Of a DNA stretch of 42,370 nt, positions 18,328 through 27,618 are shown piece by piece; positions within the stretch are counted from its first letter, which is position 1, and each line of letters opens with the position of its first letter. Source of the DNA: Deltaproteobacteria bacterium RBG_16_44_11 (GTDB taxonomy: Bacteria; Desulfobacterota; Syntrophia; Syntrophales; Smithellaceae); assembly GCA_001797845.1 (NCBI GenBank), contig MGQN01000014.1:40896-83265 (forward strand), given 5' to 3'. The notes below the pieces were generated by a model, which was not told the DNA's origin, did no database searches, and was given only the letters and a program-made list of their open reading frames with translations. The translations under genes and the position numbers were made by a program.

Positions 18328-19572
18328 ATGGCGTTAGTATTACCTTTTAAGGCGATCCGTCCATTGAAGAAATTTGTGTCTCAGGTCGCGGCTTTGCCTT
18401 ATGATGTTATGACCAAAGAAGAGGCTCAAGAAGAGGTTAGGGGAAATTCTTTGAGTTTTATGCATGTGGAGAAATCGGAAATTGATGTACCGGAAGAAAC
18501 AAAAAGCGATGATCCTCTGATTTATGAGATGGCCAAACGAAATTTTAATAAAATGCGGGAAGAGGGGATACTCAGGCAGGATGCGTCACCTTGTTTTTAT
18601 ATATATCGACAGCAGATTAATGGCCAAACGCAAACAGGAGTCGTCGGATTGATTAGTGCTAAAGAATACGAAACGGGGAAAACAAAGAAACATGAATTGA
18701 CCAGACAAGACAAAGAAGAAGACCGTATTCGTCATATTGAATCAGTTCAGGCGCAAACCGGTCCGGTGTTTATAACTTATCCGTATCAGAACGCAATAAA
18801 TAAAATTGTTGAAAATGTTGTTAAACAGAATCCCGAATATAAGTTTACGGCGGATGATGGAGTAACTCATACAGTATGGGTTATTTCTGATGCAGGAAAA
18901 ATTAACGAAATTAAAAAAGAATTTCTGCAAGTTGGTTTTCTTTACATCGCAGACGGCCATCACCGTGCCGCTGCAGTTTCTGAGGTTGCACGAAGAAGGC
19001 GAGATAAAAATAATGATCAGGAAAGTGAAATAAAGGAATATAATTTTATCATGGTGGTTCTCTTTCCACACAATCAGTTAAAAGTAATGGATTACAATCG
19101 CGCCGTAAAAGGCTTGAATGATTTAAGTTTGGATAATTATTTAAAAAAAATAAGCGAAAAGTTTACAATCAATGAAAACTTTAAAGCGAAATCTCCGCAA
19201 AAACTTCATGATTTCGGCATGTATTTAAATGGAAAGTGGTATAAGCTAACGGCTAAAAAAGGAATTTATGATGAAAATGACCCGGTAGCCAGTCTGGACG
19301 CGGCGATATTGCAAGAGAGTCTGTTGGCTCCGGTTTTAGATATTAAAGATCCGCGCACGGATAATCGTATTAAATTTATAGGCGGTATTCGAGGAATGGC
19401 CGAACTGGAAAAGCTGGTGGATAAAGACGGATTTGCCGTCGCCTTTTCACTTTATCCCACATCGGTTGAGCAGATAATGAAAGTTGCAGATGCGGGAGCG
19501 ATAATGCCGCCGAAATCCACATGGTTCGAACCGAAATTACGCAGCGGCATATTTATCCACGATCTGAGCTAA
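18328..19572 (+). CDS. DUF1015 family protein
   Basis: The N-terminus (LPFKAIRP...) and the conserved IADGHHR motif are typical of DUF1015. AGAGGAG SD. Confidence 0.8.
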   Translation: MALVLPFKAIRPLKKFVSQVAALPYDVMTKEEAQEEVRGNSLSFMHVEKSEIDVPEETKSDDPLIYEMAKRNFNKMREEGILRQDASPCFYIYRQQINGQTQTGVVGLISAKEYETGKTKKHELTRQDKEEDRIRHIESVQAQTGPVFITYPYQNAINKIVENVVKQNPEYKFTADDGVTHTVWVISDAGKINEIKKEFLQVGFLYIADGHHRAAAVSEVARRRRDKNNDQESEIKEYNFIMVVLFPHNQLKVMDYNRAVKGLNDLSLDNYLKKISEKFTINENFKAKSPQKLHDFGMYLNGKWYKLTAKKGIYDENDPVASLDAAILQESLLAPVLDIKDPRTDNRIKFIGGIRGMAELEKLVDKDGFAVAFSLYPTSVEQIMKVADAGAIMPPKSTWFEPKLRSGIFIHDLS

Positions 19573-19591
19573 GCAATTCAATACCAAAATC

Positions 19592-20344
19592 ATGGAAGAA
19601 GAAACTCTTGACGAAATCCTTAACGGCCGGTTACGCGTTTTTCAGAAGAAAAAGGGGTATCGGTTTTCACTGGATTCTATTTTACTTGCGCATTTTATTT
19701 CCTTAAAACCGCGGGCAAGAGCCGTTGAATTGGGATGCGGTAGCGGTATTATCCTGCTTATTTTAGCAAAGCATTTCCCCCATGTTGATTTCAGCGGTTT
19801 AGAAATACAGGAAGAACTGGCAAATATGGCGCGAAAGAATATCAAAATCAATTCTTTGGACGGCATGGTTAAAATATTTACCGGTGACGCAAAAACAGCG
19901 CTAGATATTTTTAAAGCACGTTCGTTTGACGCGGTCATATTTAATCCGCCTTACCGGAAAATAAGTTCCGGAAGAATAAATCCGATACTTGAAAAAGCGG
20001 TTGCCCGTCATGAGATCAGGGGCTCATTGAAAGTTTTTATAAGTGCAGCAAAAGATTTACTAAAACCAGCAGGGAAAGTATTTACTGTTTATCCGGCGAA
20101 AAGATTAATTGAACTTGTGAGTCTGTTTCGTGAAAATGCAATAGAACCAAAAAGGATCAAGTTGGTGTTTTCTGATCGTTTTTCCGATGCGGCATTTGTT
20201 CTGGTCGAAGGAAGGTTGGATGGGCGAGAAGAGTTAGAAATCGAATCACCGCTTTTTATTTATCGAGAAGACAAAACATATACCAAGGAAATGGATATCG
20301 TTTTCAGCGAGCTTGCTCGTTTTCCCTTTGGCGGCGGCGATTGA
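19592..20344 (+). CDS. Class I SAM-dependent methyltransferase, tRNA (adenine-N6) TrmN6/YfiC-like
   Basis: GYRFSLDSILLA, SAM motif ELGCGSG, and catalytic FNPPY. Confidence 0.7.
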   Translation: MEEETLDEILNGRLRVFQKKKGYRFSLDSILLAHFISLKPRARAVELGCGSGIILLILAKHFPHVDFSGLEIQEELANMARKNIKINSLDGMVKIFTGDAKTALDIFKARSFDAVIFNPPYRKISSGRINPILEKAVARHEIRGSLKVFISAAKDLLKPAGKVFTVYPAKRLIELVSLFRENAIEPKRIKLVFSDRFSDAAFVLVEGRLDGREELEIESPLFIYREDKTYTKEMDIVFSELARFPFGGGD

Positions 20345-20819
20345 TTTCTTCTTGCATGACCCGCTTAAATATGACCGCCAATTCGCGGTCGGCAAGTTTT
20401 GCCGTGCAATCCGCGATCATTTTTTTGTCTCTCTCCTTCAAAAACAGTTCCTTTGTTAAGGATATATTATCTTCTGCTTTTGTTTGAGCCAGTTTATGGC
20501 CGACTAAGAAACGAATATCTTTTACAACATCTTTCCCGGCAAGTTGATTTAGCTTTTGGCGAATTTCTTCTTTCATGAAATGAAGTTGTTGTACCCAGAC
20601 CGAAGAGATTGTTTTTACAAATAAAATTCCATTTCTTACGGCATCAGCCTTGGTATGCATTATTATTTGAGGGCCTACGACTTTCGGCCAAAGCTGTAGC
20701 AGGGCGTTTTCTTCAATTTTAGAAGCCAGGCCTCTTTTTTTTAAAAGAGATAGCAGGATTTCGGATATGTGATGCAAGCGTATTTTGTAGTTCTTTTTGC
20801 GCATGTATTTTTTTGGCAT
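20304..20819 (-). CDS. DUF721 (DciA-like) protein
   Basis: The core WPKVVGPQIIMHTKADAVRNGILFVKTISSVWVQQLHFMKEEIRQKLN matches the DUF721 pattern. The 3' end overlaps the convergent methyltransferase gene by 41 nt. Confidence 0.65.
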   Translation of the reverse strand: MPKKYMRKKNYKIRLHHISEILLSLLKKRGLASKIEENALLQLWPKVVGPQIIMHTKADAVRNGILFVKTISSVWVQQLHFMKEEIRQKLNQLAGKDVVKDIRFLVGHKLAQTKAEDNISLTKELFLKERDKKMIADCTAKLADRELAVIFKRVMQEEINRRRQRENEQAR

Positions 20820-20911
20820 AAATTTGATGATTGGTCAAGGAAATGAAAAATGAAGACAGGTGTTAGACGGGGAGTATATATTAAAAAATCATATTCATGA
20901 AATCTTATTTG

Positions 20912-22894
20912 TTATTCACTGGGAGATTTTGCCGAGGTTTCTATTTTATCCATAATTTTACGAAGCTGGCTGGCGATATCGTGAATTGTGAAGGGTTTTT
21001 GAATAAAACCGACACAGCCGCGCTTAATAATTTTACTGGCCTGGCCGTTCAGACTATAACCGCTGGAAAGCAAAACTTTAACTTCAGGGTTGATTTTTTT
21101 AAGTTCATCAAAGACTTCTCCGCCGCCCATTTCCGGCATAACCATATCCAGGATGACCAAATCGATCTTTTCAGGCGAGAGTTTATATTTTTCTATCGCT
21201 TTCGGACCATCTTCGGCGGTGAGTATTGTGTATCCCAAGGTATTTAAAATTTCACGGCCTACATTCAATATCATAGGTTCATCGTCAATGAAAAGAATTG
21301 TTTCCGCTCCTTTGGGAAGAAATTCATTTTTATTAGCTAGTTTGTCTTTTTTCCGTGTATCTTTTTTCGCGGAGGCCGGAAGATAAATATTGAAAGTGGT
21401 GCCTTGACCTTTCTCGGAGTAAACGTTGATAAAACCGTTGTGGTTTTTGATGATTCCATAGACCGATGCTAATCCTAGTCCGCTACCGCGTCCCATTTCT
21501 TTCGTAGTGAAAAAAGGTTCAAAAATTCTTTCTCTTGTTTTTTCATCCATTCCCACGCCGGTATCGGTTACCGAAATTTTTACGTAATGGCCGTTCATGG
21601 TAATGTATGGTTTAAAGTGGTTTTCTTCAATAAAGACATTTTTTGTTTCTAAGTAAAGGTTTCCACCTCCGGGCATGGCTTGCCAGGCGTTGACATAGAG
21701 ATTGAGCAACACTTGCTCTATTTGTCCGTGATCAACATCAACCGGCCAAAGATCGCTTTGAAAGTTGCGATGAATTTTGATTTCTTTTTTTGTGCGGCCG
21801 ATTGTTTCCGAAGTGTTTTGAATTAAAAGATTCAGATCAACGGTTTTTAATTCATATTTTCCGCCGCGGGCGAAACCAAGCAACTGTTTGGTCAAATCAG
21901 CGCCGCTCATAACCAATGTTTCGATGGTTTTCAGGTGCTCAAAATTGGCATTTTGTGGATCCATATTAAGAAGAGCAAGAGAAGCATGTCCCTGAATTCC
22001 CATAAGCAGATTGTTAAAATCATGGGCAATACCGCCGGCTAATGTGCCGATGGATTCCATTTTTTGAGCTTGAAAAAGCCGCGCTTCGGTTCTTTTCTGT
22101 TTGGTTATATCTCTCATGGAGTTTAGAAGTGCGGGCTGGTCATCCCAATTAATGCTTACACTATTGGTTTCCACCCAATGAGTCATACCTTTTTTATCCG
22201 TGGTACGAAAAGTATAATTAACGCTGGTATTTTCTCCTTGCAGACAACTTTCCTGCCTTTCCAGAACCATATCGCGATCTTCGGAAATAACCAGATTAAT
22301 GAAAGAAAGTAATGACAATTCTTCCAGAGCATAACCTACTATTTTATGAGTCTGAAAATTGGCATATTTTATTTTGCCGTCAATAATAATGAAAATGGCT
22401 TCATTGGAGTTTTCGATAAGAAGCCGGTATTTTTCTTCCGATTTACGCAATTCTTCTTCAATTAAACGTCTATCTGTAATCTCTTTGGAGACAATCGCGA
22501 CAGCGATAATTTCTTTATTATCCGTCGATTTCCTAACCGGACTGAACGTGCGCAAGAAAAAACCGTTATCGCGCGGGCTCTGATGTTCGTCTTGAACTGA
22601 TTTATTTGTAGAGTAAACTTCTTTAACTTTTTCGGCAAATTGTCTGCTTTGCTCAGCAGAATGGAACTCGTTGTAGGAATGGCCGATAATTTTATCGATG
22701 GGTAAATTCAACCTTTTGATATGGTTGCTGTTAATAAAAATATAACAGCATTGCTCATCAACAAGATACAAAGAGTCGGTGGTGGAATCAACGAGATAAC
22801 GATATTGATTCTCCGTGTTTTCAAACTGAAGAATTTTATGTTCTAATTCTTTTATTTTTTGTTCAAGCTCTTCGCGGGTAAGTTTTGGTTTCAT
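20912..22894 (-). CDS. Cytoplasmic PAS-PAS hybrid sensor histidine kinase with a C-terminal receiver
   Basis: No TM segments. Two PAS-like segments, H-box GGIAHDFNN, ATPase motifs DTGVGM and GSGLGL, and receiver ILFIDDE...ILDMVMPEMGG...K. Confidence 0.9.
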   Translation of the reverse strand: MKPKLTREELEQKIKELEHKILQFENTENQYRYLVDSTTDSLYLVDEQCCYIFINSNHIKRLNLPIDKIIGHSYNEFHSAEQSRQFAEKVKEVYSTNKSVQDEHQSPRDNGFFLRTFSPVRKSTDNKEIIAVAIVSKEITDRRLIEEELRKSEEKYRLLIENSNEAIFIIIDGKIKYANFQTHKIVGYALEELSLLSFINLVISEDRDMVLERQESCLQGENTSVNYTFRTTDKKGMTHWVETNSVSINWDDQPALLNSMRDITKQKRTEARLFQAQKMESIGTLAGGIAHDFNNLLMGIQGHASLALLNMDPQNANFEHLKTIETLVMSGADLTKQLLGFARGGKYELKTVDLNLLIQNTSETIGRTKKEIKIHRNFQSDLWPVDVDHGQIEQVLLNLYVNAWQAMPGGGNLYLETKNVFIEENHFKPYITMNGHYVKISVTDTGVGMDEKTRERIFEPFFTTKEMGRGSGLGLASVYGIIKNHNGFINVYSEKGQGTTFNIYLPASAKKDTRKKDKLANKNEFLPKGAETILFIDDEPMILNVGREILNTLGYTILTAEDGPKAIEKYKLSPEKIDLVILDMVMPEMGGGEVFDELKKINPEVKVLLSSGYSLNGQASKIIKRGCVGFIQKPFTIHDIASQLRKIMDKIETSAKSPSE

Positions 22895-22923
22895 CGTTGG
22901 GCCGCATATTTATAATTATTTGA

Positions 22924-23424
22924 CTAAACCAACATTTTCAGTTGGGTGGAATAAATATCATAAATTTTGCTACTAAACAGAATGTGACGAATTAGCTTGA
23001 TATCCGTGTTGCCGCGGACAAATTCTATACACGTATTCAGTGCCAAGTGGGCGGCTTCATCAAGAGGATACCCATAAATGCCGGTACTTATAGCCGGAAA
23101 CGAGATGCTTTGCAATCCTTTTTCCCGGGCCAGTTCCAGACTTTTTTTATAAGCGCTCTGCAGAAGTTTCGCTTCTCCTTTTGTGCCATCGCGGTAAATG
23201 GGTCCGACCGTGTGGATGACATATTTGGCCTTGAGCTTTCCGCCTGTTGTAATTACAGCTTCACCTGTTGGACAACCGCCGATTTTGCGGCATTGGGCCA
23301 TAATGGTAGGGCCGCCGGCGCGATGAATGGCGCCGTCAACACCGGCGCCACCAGCTAATCGCTCATTGGCGGCGTTAACAATAGCGTCTGTGGTTTCTCC
23401 GGTTATGTCGCCGTAGTCAAGCAC
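22924..23424 (-). CDS. Macro-domain protein (ADP-ribose / O-acetyl-ADP-ribose hydrolase family, YmdB-like)
   Basis: GDIT...DAIVNAAN...GGAGVDGAIHRAGG...ISTGIYGYP. The annotated GTG start truncates the first beta-strand. See the finding on the upstream ATG-TAA. Confidence 0.85.
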   Translation of the reverse strand: MLDYGDITGETTDAIVNAANERLAGGAGVDGAIHRAGGPTIMAQCRKIGGCPTGEAVITTGGKLKAKYVIHTVGPIYRDGTKGEAKLLQSAYKKSLELAREKGLQSISFPAISTGIYGYPLDEAAHLALNTCIEFVRGNTDIKLIRHILFSSKIYDIYSTQLKMLV

Positions 23425-23711
23425 GATTATGGTTTCATTGATTTTGACTTACATTGTCGTTTCCCTCAATCATTTTTTCTCCTTCTCCGTAAATCAGCAT
23501 AGCATAGCTTCGAACATCGAATATCTGATTTCCGGATTCATAACGGCACCAATCTTTGTATAGCGGATACGAAAGTAGCGTTAATATTAAGCGAAAGAAC
23601 AAACAACTGTAAAGGAAAACTTTTTAGATAAAGAGGGGAAAGCCCTTTTTAGTTGAAAATTAAGCTCTTAAATGCTAGAGACTCTACTCGTTGAAATAAG
23701 AGAAAAAAGTT

Positions 23712-24104
23712 ATGATAACCTCGTTAAATAGGAAAAACGAACATCACGATAATATATGTGAAGAATTATTGCGGGAAAGAGCGGTGGTTTTAAGCCGTGC
23801 GGGTATGGCTGTAAGTGATGCTATCGAACTCCTGACGCGATTGGATAGGCAAATTAAGGAGAAAACGTCTTTTTTAAAAGTTTTAAACCGCGATGAAAAT
23901 ATACAGAACGTGGAACAAAATATACAAACAATCCGTGAGGAAATTAATTTGATCATCGAGCAATTCAACGCCGCTTGCAGAAAAGCACAACTCCAATATT
24001 ATTATTTGATTGTTACGCGCGAAGCGCTGGGATTACGACGCCATGATAGAGTTAGCGAAATATACAAAATTCCGGCCGAAAAGGAAAAAATAAGGGTCAT
24101 TTAA
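23712..24104 (+). CDS. Hypothetical helical/coiled-coil protein, translationally coupled to pcm
   Basis: 130 aa with no recognised motif. Its stop TAA (24102..24104) shares one nt with the pcm ATG (24104). Confidence 0.5.
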   Translation: MITSLNRKNEHHDNICEELLRERAVVLSRAGMAVSDAIELLTRLDRQIKEKTSFLKVLNRDENIQNVEQNIQTIREEINLIIEQFNAACRKAQLQYYYLIVTREALGLRRHDRVSEIYKIPAEKEKIRVI

Positions 24105-24757
24105 TGGATAAACATAAGAAACAACGAATGCGGATGGTGGAGACTCAGTTAAAAACGCGCGATATAACCGACGCCCGTGTATTGAAAGCCATGGAAACTA
24201 TTCCTCGGCATCTTTTTGTCGATGAAGGGCTAATTGAGCAGGCCTACAATGATAATCCGCTGCCGATTGACGCAAATCAAACTATTTCCCAGCCCTATAT
24301 TGTTGCCCTCATGACGCAGGCGCTGGAATTAAAACCAACCGAAAGAGTTCTGGAAATCGGCACCGGTTCCGGCTACCAAACAGCAATTTTAGCTTCTTTG
24401 GCTTTTCGAGTATTTTCCGTTGAGCGTGTTGCCGCGCTTGCGGCCAAGGCGCGCAAAATTCTTGATCAGCTTAATTATTACAATGTAGCCATAAGGGTTG
24501 GCGATGGCTCCTACGGCTGGAAAGAAGAAGCACCATTTGACGCCATTATTACCACGGCCGCGGTGCCGGAGATTCCTGCATACTTAGTAGAACAGCTTGC
24601 CGTCGGAGGCAGGCTTATCGTGCCGGTAGGTAAACGCAACGTGCAGGACTTATACAAAATAACCCGTCTTTCAAAAAATCCGCAGGACATAAAAAAAGAA
24701 GAATTGGGCGGCTGCCGTTTTGTCAGTTTGATCGGAGAGAGTGGATGGAAAGAATAA
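24104..24757 (+). CDS. pcm: Protein-L-isoaspartate O-methyltransferase
   Basis: TISQPYIVA and the SAM motif LEIGTGSGYQTA, with typical length. Confidence 0.9.
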   Translation: MDKHKKQRMRMVETQLKTRDITDARVLKAMETIPRHLFVDEGLIEQAYNDNPLPIDANQTISQPYIVALMTQALELKPTERVLEIGTGSGYQTAILASLAFRVFSVERVAALAAKARKILDQLNYYNVAIRVGDGSYGWKEEAPFDAIITTAAVPEIPAYLVEQLAVGGRLIVPVGKRNVQDLYKITRLSKNPQDIKKEELGGCRFVSLIGESGWKE

Positions 24758-25689
24758 AACATCTATCAAGATCAGTTTTTTTTATTCTATTGGCTTTTTT
24801 AATAATCGCCTCCTGCTCCGGGGCTCAAATTCAGAAGGAAGAAACAACAGGAGTTTATCATCGGGTGAAAAAAGGGGAAACAGCCTATAGTATTGCCCGT
24901 GTTTATAATATTAAATTACGAGATTTGGCGCATGTCAACGACATTCCCGATCCTGCTTTAATCAAGGAAGGAACCGTCTTATTTATTCCCGGAGCCAAAC
25001 ATCTAATCGAAGATGTGATGATCTATGTAAAGGATATGGATGCCAAAGTAAAATCAAGTGGCGTCGATAAATCCGCAGTACCCGCGGAAACGGTCACTGG
25101 GGAAAACGGGAAAACTTCAACAAAAGCTCTAAATGAAACTGGAGCAGATAAGAAACCAGAAATAAAAACGGCATTATCGGAAAATATTGAGCCCCAAAAA
25201 ATTGATTCGCATGAAGAACCTAATCAGGCCGAATCACTGGAAGCGAAATCAACACCCATAGAAAAAATAGAGCCCAAGCCTGCGGAAAAATCGCCAAAAG
25301 AAGAAATTCAGTCAGGGGGAAAAATATTTATATGGCCGGTAAACGGCACCGTGAAGACGCGTTTTGGCCGGCAGCCTAATAAAACTTATCACAACTGGAT
25401 CAAAGTCGTTTCGGCAGCGGGTATTTCGGTAAAGGCGGCGGCAGCCGGCACCGTTATTTTTTCATCTAACTTAAAAGATTATGGGCAGACCATCATTATT
25501 CGCCACGAAGATCAGTTTACCACTGTCTACACTCACCTGAAGGAAAGATTTGTAAAAGCGGATCAAGCTGTTAAACAAGGGCAGGCAATTGCTCTGGTTG
25601 GAGAAAAAGACGAGTCTGGAGCGGCATACATAAATTTTGAAATACGCATTAATGGCAAAGCGAGTAATCCTTTGTTGTTTCTTCCGTAA
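24745..25689 (+). CDS. LysM + degenerate LytM (M23) lipoprotein, NlpD-like
   Basis: Lipobox IASC. LysM segment (YHRVKKGETAYSIARVYNI...LFIP). Charged low-complexity linker. In the C-terminal LytM fold, the M23 HxxxD and HLHFE positions read HNWIK and YINFE, so catalytic ligands appear to be lost, as in amidase-activator NlpD. Confidence 0.85.
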   Translation: MERIKHLSRSVFFILLAFLIIASCSGAQIQKEETTGVYHRVKKGETAYSIARVYNIKLRDLAHVNDIPDPALIKEGTVLFIPGAKHLIEDVMIYVKDMDAKVKSSGVDKSAVPAETVTGENGKTSTKALNETGADKKPEIKTALSENIEPQKIDSHEEPNQAESLEAKSTPIEKIEPKPAEKSPKEEIQSGGKIFIWPVNGTVKTRFGRQPNKTYHNWIKVVSAAGISVKAAAAGTVIFSSNLKDYGQTIIIRHEDQFTTVYTHLKERFVKADQAVKQGQAIALVGEKDESGAAYINFEIRINGKASNPLLFLP

Positions 25690-25806
25690 TTGTAGAATTA
25701 ATCCGAAGCTTATCGGGATATTCTAAATACCCCTAAATTCCAGCGGCCTTGCCAGAAGTATTTTTAGTGATTATATTTATAGCGCACATTTTTAGATGAG
25801 GTAAAA

Positions 25807-26949
25807 ATGGATAATTATTTTGAACAAGGGCCGATACGTCCGCCCAGTGAGGCAACGAGTCTTTTAATCCGTGTGACCAGAAATTGCCCATGGAACAAGT
25901 GCGCTTTTTGCCAGACATACCGCGGAACTAAATTTGAGATCAGGAGCGTGGAAGATGTAAAAGGGGATATTCAGACGATGAAGGATTATGCCGATCAAAT
26001 TATGAAAATCTCGTGGAAATTGGGGGAGGGCGGCCGTGTAAATAGAAGCGTCTTGAAGCAAATTTCCAATCAAAGGTTTCATAACGATTATTTTCAAACA
26101 ATAGCGGTATGGCTTTACTTTGGCGGCGAAAATGTTTTTTTGCAGGATGCAAATTCATTAATCGCGAAAACTCCCGACCTGGTGGCTATCCTTGATTATT
26201 TGAAGGAAAAATTCCCGCAAATTAAAAGAATCACTTCTTACTGCCGTTCACACACGGCGGCAAGAAAGACGGTGAACGAATTTGAACAATTAAAAAACGC
26301 CGGACTCTCACGCATCCATGTGGGGATGGAAAGCGGCAGTAATGAAGTTTTGGCTTTGGTTAACAAAGGCGTAACAGCAGATATTCAAATTAAAGCCGGA
26401 CAAAACATTAAACAAGCAGGCATTGAACTAAGCGAATACTTCATACCGGGATTAGGCGGGGAAAAGTTCACCATTCAGAACGCGTTGGAATCCGCAAAAG
26501 TAATTAATGCCGTAAGTCCGGATTTTATTCGTTTACGCACACTGCATGTCGTACCGGGCACAGCTCTCGAAGATTTAGTTAAAAAAGGGGAAATTCAGCC
26601 TCTAAGTGATGACGATATTATTCGAGAAATCGGATTATTTATAGAAAATTTGGATGTTTATGGTACTCAGCTGGTTAGCGATCACATTTTGAACCTGCTG
26701 GAAGAGCTAGAAGGAAAATTTCCTGAAGATAAGCCAAAAATATTAGCCGTGATTAAAAGATATTTTGAGATGAACAACGAAGAGCGGATGATTTTCCGGT
26801 TGGGGCGTCGCAGTGGAGCCTTTAGAAGACTTGATGATCTGGGCGATAAAGAAACTTATTTAAGATTGAAAGCGGTTGTGGAAAGCTACGCTGGCGAGGG
26901 ACGCAACTTGGACGACGATATGGTTAAAATAATGAATAATTACATTTAG
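25807..26949 (+). CDS. Radical SAM family protein with non-canonical Cx4Cx2C spacing, function unknown
   Basis: GPIRPPSEATSLLIRVTRNCPWNKCAFCQTY (Cys27/32/35, nt 25885..25911). Downstream are GGENVFLQDAN and MESGSNEVL-type barrel motifs. No second Cys cluster, so no SPASM domain. Confidence 0.75.
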   Translation: MDNYFEQGPIRPPSEATSLLIRVTRNCPWNKCAFCQTYRGTKFEIRSVEDVKGDIQTMKDYADQIMKISWKLGEGGRVNRSVLKQISNQRFHNDYFQTIAVWLYFGGENVFLQDANSLIAKTPDLVAILDYLKEKFPQIKRITSYCRSHTAARKTVNEFEQLKNAGLSRIHVGMESGSNEVLALVNKGVTADIQIKAGQNIKQAGIELSEYFIPGLGGEKFTIQNALESAKVINAVSPDFIRLRTLHVVPGTALEDLVKKGEIQPLSDDDIIREIGLFIENLDVYGTQLVSDHILNLLEELEGKFPEDKPKILAVIKRYFEMNNEERMIFRLGRRSGAFRRLDDLGDKETYLRLKAVVESYAGEGRNLDDDMVKIMNNYI

Positions 26950-27098
26950 TTAATTAATTATCTCCAACATTTTGAATATTTGAGATATTTTTAAAAAAAT
27001 CATAGACAATTTCGTTGGTTTAGCGCTTTATTGCCGGTCATCTTATTGTACAATTAGGTATTAGACGTTGACTAAAAATCAAAATGATGATAGTTATA

Positions 27099-27120
27099 TG
27101 CCTTTCATAACGGAAAGGCA
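27099..27120 (+). other. 8-bp hairpin in the carD leader (TGCCTTTC-ATAACG-GAAAGGCA)
   Basis: Perfect stem immediately upstream of the GGGAAGGGA SD and ATG 27133. Confidence 0.4.
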
Positions 27121-27132
27121 GGGAAGGGAAAA

Positions 27133-27618
27133 ATGTTCAAGGTAGGTGATTTGGCAGTGTATCCGGCGCAAGGAGTCGGAGTCATTGAAGCTATTGAAAA
27201 TAGGGAAGTAATGGGTAAAAAGCAGCCCTTTTATATAATGAAAATTATGGGTAATGGCATGAAAATAATGATTCCGACAAATAGCGCTAAGGCCGTAGGC
27301 TTGCGTGAGGTTATCTTGGAAAAGGAAATTCCCAAGGTATTCGAAATTTTGCGTAATAAAGATGTAACCATAGATAAACAAACATGGAATAAACGTTACC
27401 GGGAGTATCTGGAAAAAATTAAGACCGGTTCTGTTTTTGAAATAGCCAGTGTTTTGCGTGATTTATTTATTTTAAAAAGCGATAAAAATCTTTCTTTCGG
27501 TGAAAGGAAAATGATGGATACCGCAAAAAATCTACTGGTCAAAGAAATCTCCGTGGCCACAAACGCGCAAGAAGCCAAGGTCGAAAAAGACCTGCAAATG
27601 ATTTTCACTGTGCAATAG
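27133..27618 (+). CDS. carD: CarD/CdnL family RNA polymerase-binding transcription regulator
   Basis: N-terminal Tudor-like segment MFKVGDLAVYPAQGVGVIEAIE plus a helical C-terminal domain; 161 aa. Confidence 0.9.
   Translation: MFKVGDLAVYPAQGVGVIEAIENREVMGKKQPFYIMKIMGNGMKIMIPTNSAKAVGLREVILEKEIPKVFEILRNKDVTIDKQTWNKRYREYLEKIKTGSVFEIASVLRDLFILKSDKNLSFGERKMMDTAKNLLVKEISVATNAQEAKVEKDLQMIFTVQ

Noticed and set aside
19523-19532. GGTTCGAACC, a tRNA T-arm-like sequence
   Set aside because: It lies inside the DUF1015 reading frame, and no acceptor, D or anticodon stems can be built around it. No tRNA is present in the window.
22924-23424. Macro domain as a DarG-type antitoxin or defence component
   Set aside because: No DarT (DUF4433)-like or other toxin ORF is adjacent. 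The neighbours are a histidine kinase and a divergent pcm cluster, so this looks like a housekeeping YmdB-type protein.
23449-23451. Stop-codon reassignment as the explanation for the in-frame TAA in the macro gene
   Set aside because: TAA, TAG and TGA each terminate clearly full-length conserved proteins elsewhere in the window (e.g. gltX, the lipoprotein and rfbD).
25690-27132. RiPP-type system around the second radical SAM (a precursor peptide nearby)
   Set aside because: There is no SPASM or auxiliary cluster. The flanking spacers contain only 8-12-codon ORFs without SDs, and no protease or transporter partners are present.
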